A DNA stretch of 21,857 bases from Chlamydiota bacterium (GTDB lineage Bacteria; Chlamydiota; Chlamydiia; Chlamydiales; SM23-39), in assembly GCA_038534095.1 (NCBI GenBank), contig JBCAXK010000027.1:1-21857 (forward strand), in the 5' to 3' direction. The notes beneath the pieces are model-generated. The model was not told the origin of the DNA. It saw nothing but the letters and a program-made list of their open reading frames with translations, and did not search any database. Below, piece by piece: positions 1 through 7,897 of this stretch (within the stretch, counting starts at the first letter, position 1; the number at the start of each line of letters is the position of its first letter). The position numbers were made by a program, and so were the translations under genes.

Positions 1-545
1 AAAACACCCCAAAAACTTCTAAGCTTCGCTCAAAAAAACCATAAATAACTAATTTACAAAGACAAAAAGCTCCCTTCAGACAAAAACACAGTTTTGCGAA
101 AAAATTTCTTCAATCGCTCGACCCTCCTCGAGGAGAACAAAAAGCCTGAAACCCACAAGCAAGGCCATGAACCGACACACCGGCGTTAAAAGGAGCCTCG
201 TCATATACCATAGCCACAGTTTTGGATTTTCATCGAAATAATCGGGCAGAGACGGCTTACACCACAAAAAATCTTCATTGTAAATCTCTCTAAGCTATTT
301 GTTTTCAATGATTAAAAACCTCCAAAACAAAAAACATAAGACATGCCGGTTGAGAAATTCCTAGACGGAACTAGAGTAGAAGATCTGGACTACCTACTAA
401 AGACAAGATCTATACGGATAATTTATTAAAGATTTTATAAAAATATAATTTTTTTGAAAAATTTTATATAGAAAATAAACCATGATATTTATTATAATAA
501 GATAAATTTAATATATTTTTAATTAAAATAATAAAAGGTGTGATT

Positions 546-1013
546 ATGATAACTTTCCCTGCAGACCCAAGAATGCATTATCCTGATTCAAGATCGGATG
601 TTAACAGTGGACCCAATAATGGAGAAGAAGCAAAAAACGAGCAATGGAATAACGGTAGAGATGCAAGAATAGCATCTGCAATAGAAAATATAAGCAACCT
701 GAATACTCAGATTGCTAGCCTCAAAGAAAGACGATGCTCTAATTTTAAGCATACGTTCCTTTCTACAGGAATAGCTTGTGGCGCAGTCAGTCTAGCGTGT
801 AGCTCATTAGACTACCAAGGATTGGATCGAGTGATCATCAACCCTTTACTAGTTGCAATCGCGTTTACATCTGTTGCTTATACGTTTTTCCTTACGTACA
901 ATACAAATAACGATATCGACTCAGCATATGGGAATATAATACGTCACGAAAGAGAAATTATACGCGAATATGAGAATACTATTACTCGTTTAGGGCAGAA
1001 CAGAAGACACTAG
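546..1013 (+). CDS. Hypothetical membrane protein, inclusion-membrane (Inc)-like
   Basis: The ORF track starts at GTG 540, but ATG 546 is better spaced from AAAAGGTG (533-540). Bilobed hydrophobic stretch (TFLSTGIACGAVSLACSSL...IINPLLVAIAFTSVAYTFFLTY) flanked by heptad-like helices (IASAIENISNLNTQIASLKE; IIRHEREIIREYENTITRL). Preceded by a very AT-rich region (421-540: 10 G/C in 120 nt). Confidence 0.6.
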   Translation: MITFPADPRMHYPDSRSDVNSGPNNGEEAKNEQWNNGRDARIASAIENISNLNTQIASLKERRCSNFKHTFLSTGIACGAVSLACSSLDYQGLDRVIINPLLVAIAFTSVAYTFFLTYNTNNDIDSAYGNIIRHEREIIREYENTITRLGQNRRH

Positions 1014-1033
1014 TATTGGATCTACGCTACCCT

Positions 1034-1352
1034 TGCATGCAAGTTTCCTACATCTGACCCCCAGTTCTGTCAGATTCGTGTTGTCCAACTTTTAGCTTGC
1101 ACAAGTGATTTGGACTCTTCAAAAGTCTGCATGGCGGTTTTTCCATAACAATACTTTTCGCTATGGAAGGCCGCCCTCATGATACTTTTCGATCCATTGA
1201 TCCAGCTCCTCTTGTAGTTCTTTTATGCTGAAGGAACCTTTCTTTCTAAAAGCTATAGAGCAGAATGCATTTTGCATTGTTTGATGGAATCTTTCACAAA
1301 TTCTATTTGTTTGAAGAGACTTAGCTTTCGTGCTTGTGTGTTCTATATCCTC
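1034..1352 (-). mobile_element. Degenerate IS481-family transposase 3' fragment with a possible decayed terminal repeat
   Basis: Manual minus-strand translation from 1352 gives EDIEHTSTKAKSLQTNRICERFHQTMQNAFCSIAFRKKGSFSIKELQEELDQWIEKYH. After a frameshift (in-frame TAG 1161-1163) it continues HSEKYCYGKTAMQTFEESKSL. This matches the recalled IS481/rve C-terminal pattern (PQTNGICERFH...FRKK...ELQ.DLD.W...YN.ERPH.G.YCYGKTPMQTF). Confidence 0.85.
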
Positions 1353-1570
1353 ACAACGTTCAATGAAGATACGTCACAAATTTTCAAAGATCATTCTCTA
1401 AAAAATAGGTCTTTAGTTAGGAAGTGAGCTTGAAACATTCTCTGGGAAGTACAAGGAAAAAAAGTGCAAAACGAGCCCAACACCGCTTCTCTGCAAACGG
1501 AAATCACCTTGAAGAAGGTTTTTACAAGGAAATGTAAATGCGATCGCCCTAATCTTGATCAGAGGGTGTA

Positions 1571-1600
1571 TTTACACAAAATCTTTGAAACCCGTATAGT
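1571..1600 (+). promoter_or_regulatory. Putative sigma70/sigma66 promoter of the pyr operon
   Basis: TTTACA (1571-1576), 18-nt spacer, TATAGT (1595-1600). The -10 box ends 6 nt before the pyrB ATG. Confidence 0.55.
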
Positions 1601-1606
1601 TGATGC

Positions 1607-2518
1607 ATGATTCAAGAAAAAGCTTTTTCTCAACTGACTTCGATCGATCAATTTGCGAAGGAAGATTTTTTCCATTTTTTTGCTAAAGCACTTGAGGTGA
1701 AAAAAGAAAAAACCTCTTCTGGTCTTGAAGGGAAAATCTTAGCCAGCTGTTTTTTTGAGCCTTCTACAAGAACAAGGCTCTCTTTTGAATCGGCTATGCT
1801 CCGGTTAGGTGGCTCTGTGATCGGTTTTTCCGATGAAAAGGTGACCTCAGGGAAAAAGGGAGAATCATTACAAGATACCATCAAAACCGTTAGCTTGTAC
1901 GCCGATATCATTGTGCTTCGCCACCCACTTGATGGGGCAAGTACCTTAGCAGCGGCTTCCACCACTACTCCTGTGATCAATGCAGGGGATGGAACAGGCG
2001 AGCATCCTACACAAACTCTGACCGATCTATTTACCCTTTATGAAACGCGCTCCTCTTTAGAAGATCTACATATAGGGATCGTCGGAGATCTTTTTTACGG
2101 GAGGACCTGCCACTCGCTTGCGATCGCTCTTAGTCATTTCCAGGCAAGGCTCTATTTTGTTGCCCCATCTGGGTTGCAGATGCCCACTTCGATTTGCGAT
2201 TTATTGAAAAAGCGAGGCATTAAATTTTCCTTTCATGAGACCATGGAAGAGGTAGCTCCTAAATGGGACGTCCTCTACATGACGAGACTGCAAAAAGAGC
2301 GGGGAGCGCAGCTCAATGAGCACCCCTACTTCCTTTTGAAGAAGTCTGATTTAACCCATATGAAACCGAGCGTCTCTATTTTGCATCCCTTTCCTAGAGC
2401 AGGTGAGCTGGATTTAGCCCTAGATGCTTCCAGGCAGGCTCTCTACTTTCAGCAGATGGACAACGGTCTTGTTGTAAGAAAAACCCTTCTTCTTTCTATG
2501 TTAGAGGATCGATCATGA
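1607..2518 (+). CDS. pyrB: Aspartate carbamoyltransferase catalytic subunit
   Basis: Motifs FFEPSTRTRLSFE, KGESL, INAGDG..EHPTQ, GDL.YGRT.HSL, YMTRLQKER, HPFPR; 303 aa. Confidence 0.97.
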   Translation: MIQEKAFSQLTSIDQFAKEDFFHFFAKALEVKKEKTSSGLEGKILASCFFEPSTRTRLSFESAMLRLGGSVIGFSDEKVTSGKKGESLQDTIKTVSLYADIIVLRHPLDGASTLAAASTTTPVINAGDGTGEHPTQTLTDLFTLYETRSSLEDLHIGIVGDLFYGRTCHSLAIALSHFQARLYFVAPSGLQMPTSICDLLKKRGIKFSFHETMEEVAPKWDVLYMTRLQKERGAQLNEHPYFLLKKSDLTHMKPSVSILHPFPRAGELDLALDASRQALYFQQMDNGLVVRKTLLLSMLEDRS

Positions 2519-2973
2519 ATACCCTATCGATTTTGGCACTAAAAAGCGGAACGATTATTGACCATATTCCTGAACACACTGCCCTCAATATTCTTCAGTG
2601 TTTGCGCAAGTTTCCTAAAAGCGGTTCCTTAACCATAGGAATATCCCTCTTAAGTGAGAAGCTTGGAAGGAAAGACCTGATCAAGATGCATGATCGGAAG
2701 CTGTCTCCAGAAGAAATGACCTACGTTGCCCTTTTTGCTCCTAATGCAACAATCAATGTGATTGAAGACCACTGCCTCATCACAAAAAGCGCCCCCACTT
2801 TTCCAGAAGAGGTGATTGGCATTTTTTCTTGCTTAAATCCCCGTTGTATCACTCACGTAGAGCATGTACCCTCCCATTTTTTTGTCGATGCTAACCGCGC
2901 CCAGATGCACCTACAATGCCGGTACTGCCAATCTATGTTTCCAAGAGATGCCCTGCAAGAGTACGCGCTATGA
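2515..2973 (+). CDS. pyrI: Aspartate carbamoyltransferase regulatory subunit
   Basis: N-terminal GTIIDHI, KDLIK and APNATIN motifs, plus the four-Cys Zn site CLNPRC...CRYC. ATGA overlap with pyrB. Confidence 0.95.
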   Translation: MNTLSILALKSGTIIDHIPEHTALNILQCLRKFPKSGSLTIGISLLSEKLGRKDLIKMHDRKLSPEEMTYVALFAPNATINVIEDHCLITKSAPTFPEEVIGIFSCLNPRCITHVEHVPSHFFVDANRAQMHLQCRYCQSMFPRDALQEYAL

Positions 2974-4205
2974 TCGACCTAGTCCACCTGAAAGAGAATT
3001 ACACCGAGGCCCCCCTCCCCCTTCCTTCAGAAGAATCGATCCTCATCGATGCTTCGGGAGCGATCTTGCTCCCTGCTGGCACCGATCCTCATGTCCATTT
3101 TCGAACGCCTGGGCAGACGTATAAAGAGGACTGGCGCTCGGGAGCTCTTGCCAGTTTCTCCGGAGGGATCACAAGAGTGTTTGATATGCCCAATAATCTT
3201 CCTCCGATTGTTACTCAGCAGGCTCTTGCAGAAAAGCAGAAGGAAATTCGGTCGACCTTGGGCGATCTCCCTCTAAAATTTGGCCTCTACTTTGGCGCGT
3301 CAAAAGATCATCTCGATGAAATTCATAAAGTTCATAGCGACATCATTGGCATCAAAGTCTTCATGGGCTCTTCGACCGGCACCCTTCTACTCGATGATGA
3401 CGCCGCTTTAGAAAAAGTCTTTCAGATTGCAAGTGAGTATGACCTGCTCGTTGCTGTCCACGCCGAAGATGAAGCAAGAATCGAAGAGCGAAAAAAACGG
3501 TACCAAACACTTTCTCCCCATAGTCATTCACTTGTCCGCGACCCGGTCGCTGCAGAAATTGCAGTCATCAAAGCCTGCGATTTGGCCATCAAATATCAAG
3601 TGCGCCTCTACCTTTTACACATTAGCACACAAAAAGAGCTCCGCGCGATCGAAGAGGCAAAAAAAATGAGCGATCAGGTATTTGCCGAGGCTTGTCCTCA
3701 CCACCTTTTTTTCAATGATGAGGCCTACAATCTTCTGGGGCAAAAAATCCTCGTGAATCCTCCTATACGCTCAGAAATAGACCGTCAGTACTTAATCCAC
3801 TCTCTCAAAACAGGCTTGATTGATACGGTGGGATCGGATCACGCGCCCCATCTTTTAGGAGAAAAAGAGGGGCAAAGGCCCCCTTGCGGCGTCCCTGGAA
3901 CAGAAAGTATTTTTCCGATTCTTTGGCACTTGCACGAACAAGAAGGTCTTTCTATAGAAAGGATTGTCTCCCTTACCTCGAAAGCGCAAGAGAGAATTTT
4001 TCGTCTTCCCAAAACCTCCGATTATCTCCTTCTACATACAGAAAATACCCTCCCCTTTCGCTCTCCATCCAAATGCGGCTGGTCCCCTTATGAAGGGCGC
4101 ATTTTTTCAGCGGCGCCCCTTATCCTGATTTTACAAGATAGGATCATGCCCTTGTCTCCAGAAGGCGCTTCACGAAGAAAAGATCCCTCCTATGAAGACG
4201 CCTAA
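2970..4205 (+). CDS. pyrC: Dihydroorotase (large, amidohydrolase fold)
   Basis: Motifs DPHVHFRTPG, DMPNN, GIKVFMG, HAED, CPHHL, VNPPIR, SDHAPH. Start moved from 2916 to ATG 2970, which forms an ATGA overlap with the pyrI stop (2971-2973). Confidence 0.93.
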   Translation: MIDLVHLKENYTEAPLPLPSEESILIDASGAILLPAGTDPHVHFRTPGQTYKEDWRSGALASFSGGITRVFDMPNNLPPIVTQQALAEKQKEIRSTLGDLPLKFGLYFGASKDHLDEIHKVHSDIIGIKVFMGSSTGTLLLDDDAALEKVFQIASEYDLLVAVHAEDEARIEERKKRYQTLSPHSHSLVRDPVAAEIAVIKACDLAIKYQVRLYLLHISTQKELRAIEEAKKMSDQVFAEACPHHLFFNDEAYNLLGQKILVNPPIRSEIDRQYLIHSLKTGLIDTVGSDHAPHLLGEKEGQRPPCGVPGTESIFPILWHLHEQEGLSIERIVSLTSKAQERIFRLPKTSDYLLLHTENTLPFRSPSKCGWSPYEGRIFSAAPLILILQDRIMPLSPEGASRRKDPSYEDA

Positions 4206-5148
4206 AGTATACATTCTCCTTTTACACTGGAACGGGTACGACGACACTCTCCGCTGCCTTCTCTCTCTAAAAAATCTACGTTATCCAAGTTATGAGGTGC
4301 TTGTGATTGATAACGGCTCTTCTGATGACTCTCTTTCCAAATTACAACGGATTTTCCCAGATTACCGCTACATTTCTTTAGGAAAAAATCTTGGCTACGC
4401 CGGAGGGAATAATCGGGGCATAGATTACGCTCTTAAAGAAAACGCTGATTACCTCTTTTTACTCAACAATGATACGACAGTTGAGAAAGACACTCTTTGC
4501 CGTTTGATCGAAGGGGCTAAAAGACATCCCAATGGTAGAGCATTTGGCCCAAAAGTCCTCCAAATGTTTGCGCCAAACACTCTAGATTACTTAGGAGGCG
4601 TTTGGGATGAAACGACCTGCAATTATGTGCCTTTTGGGTATAAGGAGCCTCAAAGCTTTTTTCAAAAAGACGTATCACTCGACTACATTTCTGGATGCTC
4701 CCTTTTGCTCGACGCTTCGATTTTTCCTACGATCGACAAATTGGATGAGCGCTTTTTCCTTTTATGGGAAGAAGCAGACCTATGCGCCCGGATCAAAAAG
4801 CAAGGGCATGAGCTTTGGGCTATCCCAGAAAGTGTGATTTACCACAAAGGCTCTTCCTCTTTTTCTGGGAAGGCGCACCTAGAATATTACTGGCATAGAA
4901 ACCGCCTTCTTTGGATGGAAAAACATGTTCCCCGAAAAAATCGTCCCAAAGCGATCAAGCGCTTTCTTAGAAAAGAGCTCATAAAACCGTTTCGTCACTA
5001 CCTGATCAAAAGGCTTCTATGGGCTATATGCCCCCTTTATGCTCCCTCAAAACGGACCGAAAAAAAACGAGCGCAGTTAAGCCGTCTCTACGCCGCTTGT
5101 CTTGGGATGACCCACTACTATTGTCGCAGATTCTCTAAGCGCCCATAA
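4192..5148 (+). CDS. Family 2 glycosyltransferase (WbbL/rhamnosyltransferase-like)
   Basis: Motifs VIDNGSSD, NLGYAGGNNRG, LLNNDT, ISGCSLL, DERFFLLWEEADLC, IYHKGS. Overlaps the pyrC 3' end by 14 nt. Confidence 0.9.
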   Translation: MKTPKVYILLLHWNGYDDTLRCLLSLKNLRYPSYEVLVIDNGSSDDSLSKLQRIFPDYRYISLGKNLGYAGGNNRGIDYALKENADYLFLLNNDTTVEKDTLCRLIEGAKRHPNGRAFGPKVLQMFAPNTLDYLGGVWDETTCNYVPFGYKEPQSFFQKDVSLDYISGCSLLLDASIFPTIDKLDERFFLLWEEADLCARIKKQGHELWAIPESVIYHKGSSSFSGKAHLEYYWHRNRLLWMEKHVPRKNRPKAIKRFLRKELIKPFRHYLIKRLLWAICPLYAPSKRTEKKRAQLSRLYAACLGMTHYYCRRFSKRP

Positions 5149-5428
5149 ATTCTGCGCGCAAGGCAAAATGCCTACTAGCTGCTCATCTGATTTTGCAGTA
5201 AACAAGAACAGATCACTCCAGCCCTCAGTTGTTTCGCTTTTTACCATGTCCATGCCAAAAATTGATGAGAACGATTTGCTTGGAGTTTAGAACAATCTAT
5301 GTTCTTTTTCTCCTTAAGGCCGTTTGTCTTTTGCCTAGCAAACTCTTCTAACTAAACCCTCAGTGTTCATCGCTCGATATACACATCTAACGCAGAGAGA
5401 TAGCCAGCGCGAAGGGAAATGTTTTTCT

Positions 5429-5458
5429 TTGGAAAGCCTTTTTTATTTGTAGTATAGT
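5429..5458 (+). promoter_or_regulatory. Putative sigma70/sigma66 promoter
   Basis: TTGGAA (5429-5434), 18-nt spacer, TATAGT (5453-5458), upstream of SD AAGGAG (5503-5508) and ATG 5515. Confidence 0.45.
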
Positions 5459-5514
5459 TACGAAAAATTTTTACCTTTAGACCTTTTCCACATCTTATCT
5501 TAAAGGAGCAAACT

Positions 5515-6543
5515 ATGAGCGCAGTAAAGGAACCACCCCAAGGCATTCGGACCTTGCAAACACAACTTTACAAAGGCATGGGTAATGCATCGAAAGTACT
5601 TGGGCAGTTTAACAAAAGTTAAGCAAAAATCGTTGCCGTGACAAAAGAATGCAAAGAATGGATAGAGCTATTCGAGACAAACCTATCTTCTATTTCAGAG
5701 AAAGCGTTTCAGATAAACAATTTGGAAGCGCTTTCCAAACTGCGTATGGATTCTCCGGAAAAGAGTAAAATCTTGCTGTTGAGAGCATGGAAGTTTCCTA
5801 TAAAGCAAGCAGATCCAGTGATGCAAGCTCTTATGGAGCTGTCTGTTTTGGAAGGTATCATCTTAGTAGCCCAACGCAATTTTAAACACTATCCTCTATT
5901 GAACGAGCTTGATCCGTTGTTACAAGAGGATATAAACGATACTGTATTAGATAGTTTGCCTAAATTCACCATTTCCGATCAGGCAACGCAAGAAAACAAA
6001 CAGGTCCCTACTAAAGAAATGAAGCAAAAAAAATTTGTTCATTCTAGTCAAGCCCCGGAAGAACCTGCTGGCGCGGTATCTGCTGAAAAAAAAGAACGAC
6101 CGTCGATTTCACCCATTACAGAGTTAACGCAATCTAGTAAATCCCGGGGAAAACCTGCTGGCGCCGTATCTGCTGAAAAAAAAGACCAAACGTCGATTTC
6201 AACCATTACAAAGTTAACGCAATTGATTATGCGTGCAAATATTTTACTTACGTCGACAGTAGGTCTATTGATCAATGAATTAGTAACTTTTCAACCAGTT
6301 TTCGAACATTTCTGGGATCGCAGCGAACGTATAGAGAATAGGCCTAACATTCGATTGAAAATCGAGATGCCAGGGCTTAGATTGTCTGCAAAAAATATCT
6401 TAGAATGCTGCTCGCAATGCCTCTCTTTGTACCAATTCTATACAACGATTGAATGTAGGCTTAAGCCATCCCTTACTGTCCAGGAATCAAAAAAAACCAC
6501 AAACAATCCACCAGCAAAAAAACCCGAAGGAAAGCAGGAATAA
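5515..6543 (+). pseudogene. Hypothetical protein gene interrupted by one in-frame TAA (5620-5622); the downstream part is ORF 5638-6543
   Basis: ATG 5515 has a strong SD and is in frame with ORF 5638-6543. It translates as MSAVKEPPQGIRTLQTQLYKGMGNASKVLGQFNKS*AKIVAVTKECKEW... The GTG at 5638 has no evident SD. Confidence 0.65.
6043..6222 (+). repeat. Two tandem 90-bp (30-aa) imperfect coding repeats
   Basis: 6043-6132 vs 6133-6222 match at 79/90 nt by manual count. SSQAPEEPAGAVSAEKKERPSISPITELTQ / SSKSRGKPAGAVSAEKKDQTSISTITKLTQ. Confidence 0.92.
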
Positions 6544-6932
6544 TGGCTTTTTACGCACCGTTCACAGCCCCTCTTGGAAACCTGTCTTTTCTTGATGCTA
6601 TGCACCCATAAACGAGAGCAACTCTTTCCAAGGATTTTTACTAGCTGGTATATCATTTTCGAGCATCTATTTTGCAAGCGCTTATCGCGCTGACAGTAAA
6701 GATAGAAGAGAACATAGCAAGAGGGACCCTCTATTCAAAGTAGGTTCTTTGGAAATGGTTTCATCGATTATGATCCGCTCTACTTTGATCTTTGGAGATT
6801 TTTCCTATGCCTATCATTGATTGATTATTATCAAAGCCTGCTCTCTTTTGTTCTTTTCCAAAAAAATTCTTGCCCTAAAAAAATGGCTTTTTAAAAATGC
6901 ATTGCAAAAATTTTATCTAGGAGATTTTTACG

Positions 6933-7280
6933 ATGAGTGGAATTGGAATAAGACAACAGGACTTTCAAGCAATGCTTCTTTCTGAACTATACGATCTTCA
7001 GCGACGTGTACAAGATTGGGGAAGAGATCTTCCTATAGCAGAACTCACAGGTTGTCAAAAAATCACGGAAGCGCAGAACCATGTGGAGAGAATTTTTGCC
7101 AGCTTGCTTGCTGATCTCCCCGCATCTCTCCCAACTGCGAATATTGGTACACATACCTTTTCCCAGGCCGCAAATGCGCTCAATCAGGAAGCAAGAGAAA
7201 CCGAAGAGAAAAGCCCTTCAGAAACACCTGACGTAGATCATCGCATCCAAGAGATCGGGAAAAAAACGCTAGGCAATTAG
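6933..7280 (+). CDS. Hypothetical protein (115 aa)
   Basis: SD AGGAG about 10 nt upstream of the ATG and an AT-rich upstream region. Helical, hydrophilic protein with no recognisable family. Confidence 0.7.
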   Translation: MSGIGIRQQDFQAMLLSELYDLQRRVQDWGRDLPIAELTGCQKITEAQNHVERIFASLLADLPASLPTANIGTHTFSQAANALNQEARETEEKSPSETPDVDHRIQEIGKKTLGN

Positions 7281-7354
7281 CACCGGAGAGAAGAGAGCTC
7301 CATGGGAGCGCGTAACGTGGTGATCTCTTTTGATACAAAATACAACTTCTTTTT

Positions 7355-7391
7355 TTGAACGAAGAACTTGATGGCACAACTCTTCGTTCAA
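7355..7391. repeat. Perfect 11-bp inverted repeat with a 15-nt spacer
   Basis: TTGAACGAAGA (7355-7365) ... TCTTCGTTCAA (7381-7391). Confidence 0.8.
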
Positions 7392-7848
7392 GATATGTAG
7401 ATATGCCAAGCAACCTTGTCGCTTCGTCAAGAAAGAAAAATAGAAGACATTTTTCAACAAATAGATGAAGAAACAGGGGGAATGCCCCATGATTACCCTG
7501 TTAAGTTTTGCTGAGGATTTTCCAGGATGAAAGCGCCCTTTCAAAAGGTTCTCGAAAGGAGGGAAATAAAACCTAACGCTTCTTATCCTAAACTTTAGTA
7601 CAGCCGTCAAAACCCCGTTTTTTAGACAGATCCTACCGAATCGGGCACAAACCTTTGATTCGCTCATAGGGATGAGCTTCATCATATCATGAGGATTGTG
7701 GAGATTTTTTCGATGGGTTTTTTCTATCTGATGACCTCCTACCTACTTGACCTTTTTTCAGAAAAATTCACCCCCACAATCCCTATAAAGGATTCTCCTA
7801 TGAAAGGATCCTCCTTAGAAAAAAAAACTCTTCTCAAACAGAGGAACA

Positions 7849-7857
7849 TGGTATAAC
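7849..7857 (+). promoter_or_regulatory. Putative extended -10 promoter of the T3SS operon
   Basis: TG-G-TATAAC about 40 nt upstream of the sctJ ATG. No clear -35 box. Confidence 0.4.
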
Positions 7858-7897
7858 AGTAGTTTAGAAACGGTTTCTTTAGTGAGATTACTTATTT

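Noticed and set aside
76..267. 63-aa minus-strand ORF
   Set aside because: Non-ATG start, no SD and no recognisable motif. It cannot be supported as a gene.
290..420. Possible IS/MITE end around CTAGACGGAACTAG, and a 28-codon ORF at 343-429
   Set aside because: No partner repeat or transposase similarity is visible in the window. A genome-wide BLASTN would be needed.
2916..2969. ORF-track start of pyrC at 2916
   Set aside because: It would overlap pyrI by 58 nt. ATG 2970 gives the ATGA coupling seen elsewhere in the operon.
1648..4837. Alternative-frame and antisense ORFs inside pyrB, pyrI, pyrC and GT2 (1648-1980, 2864-3124, 3049-3276, 3427-3669, 3884-4093, 4607-4837)
   Set aside because: Shadow ORFs overlapping well-supported genes.
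5149..5428. Intergenic gap examined for a pseudogene or RNA gene
   Set aside because: The translations I tried gave no recognisable protein, and no tRNA-like fold was seen.
5620..5622. Alternative genetic code (TAA reassigned)
   Set aside because: TAA ends conserved genes in this window (sctJ, sufB, sufD), so it is a normal stop.
7180..7685. Minus-strand ORFs 7180-7413 and 7269-7685
   Set aside because: Atypical F/R/K/C-rich composition, overlap with the 6933-7280 gene, and no family motif.
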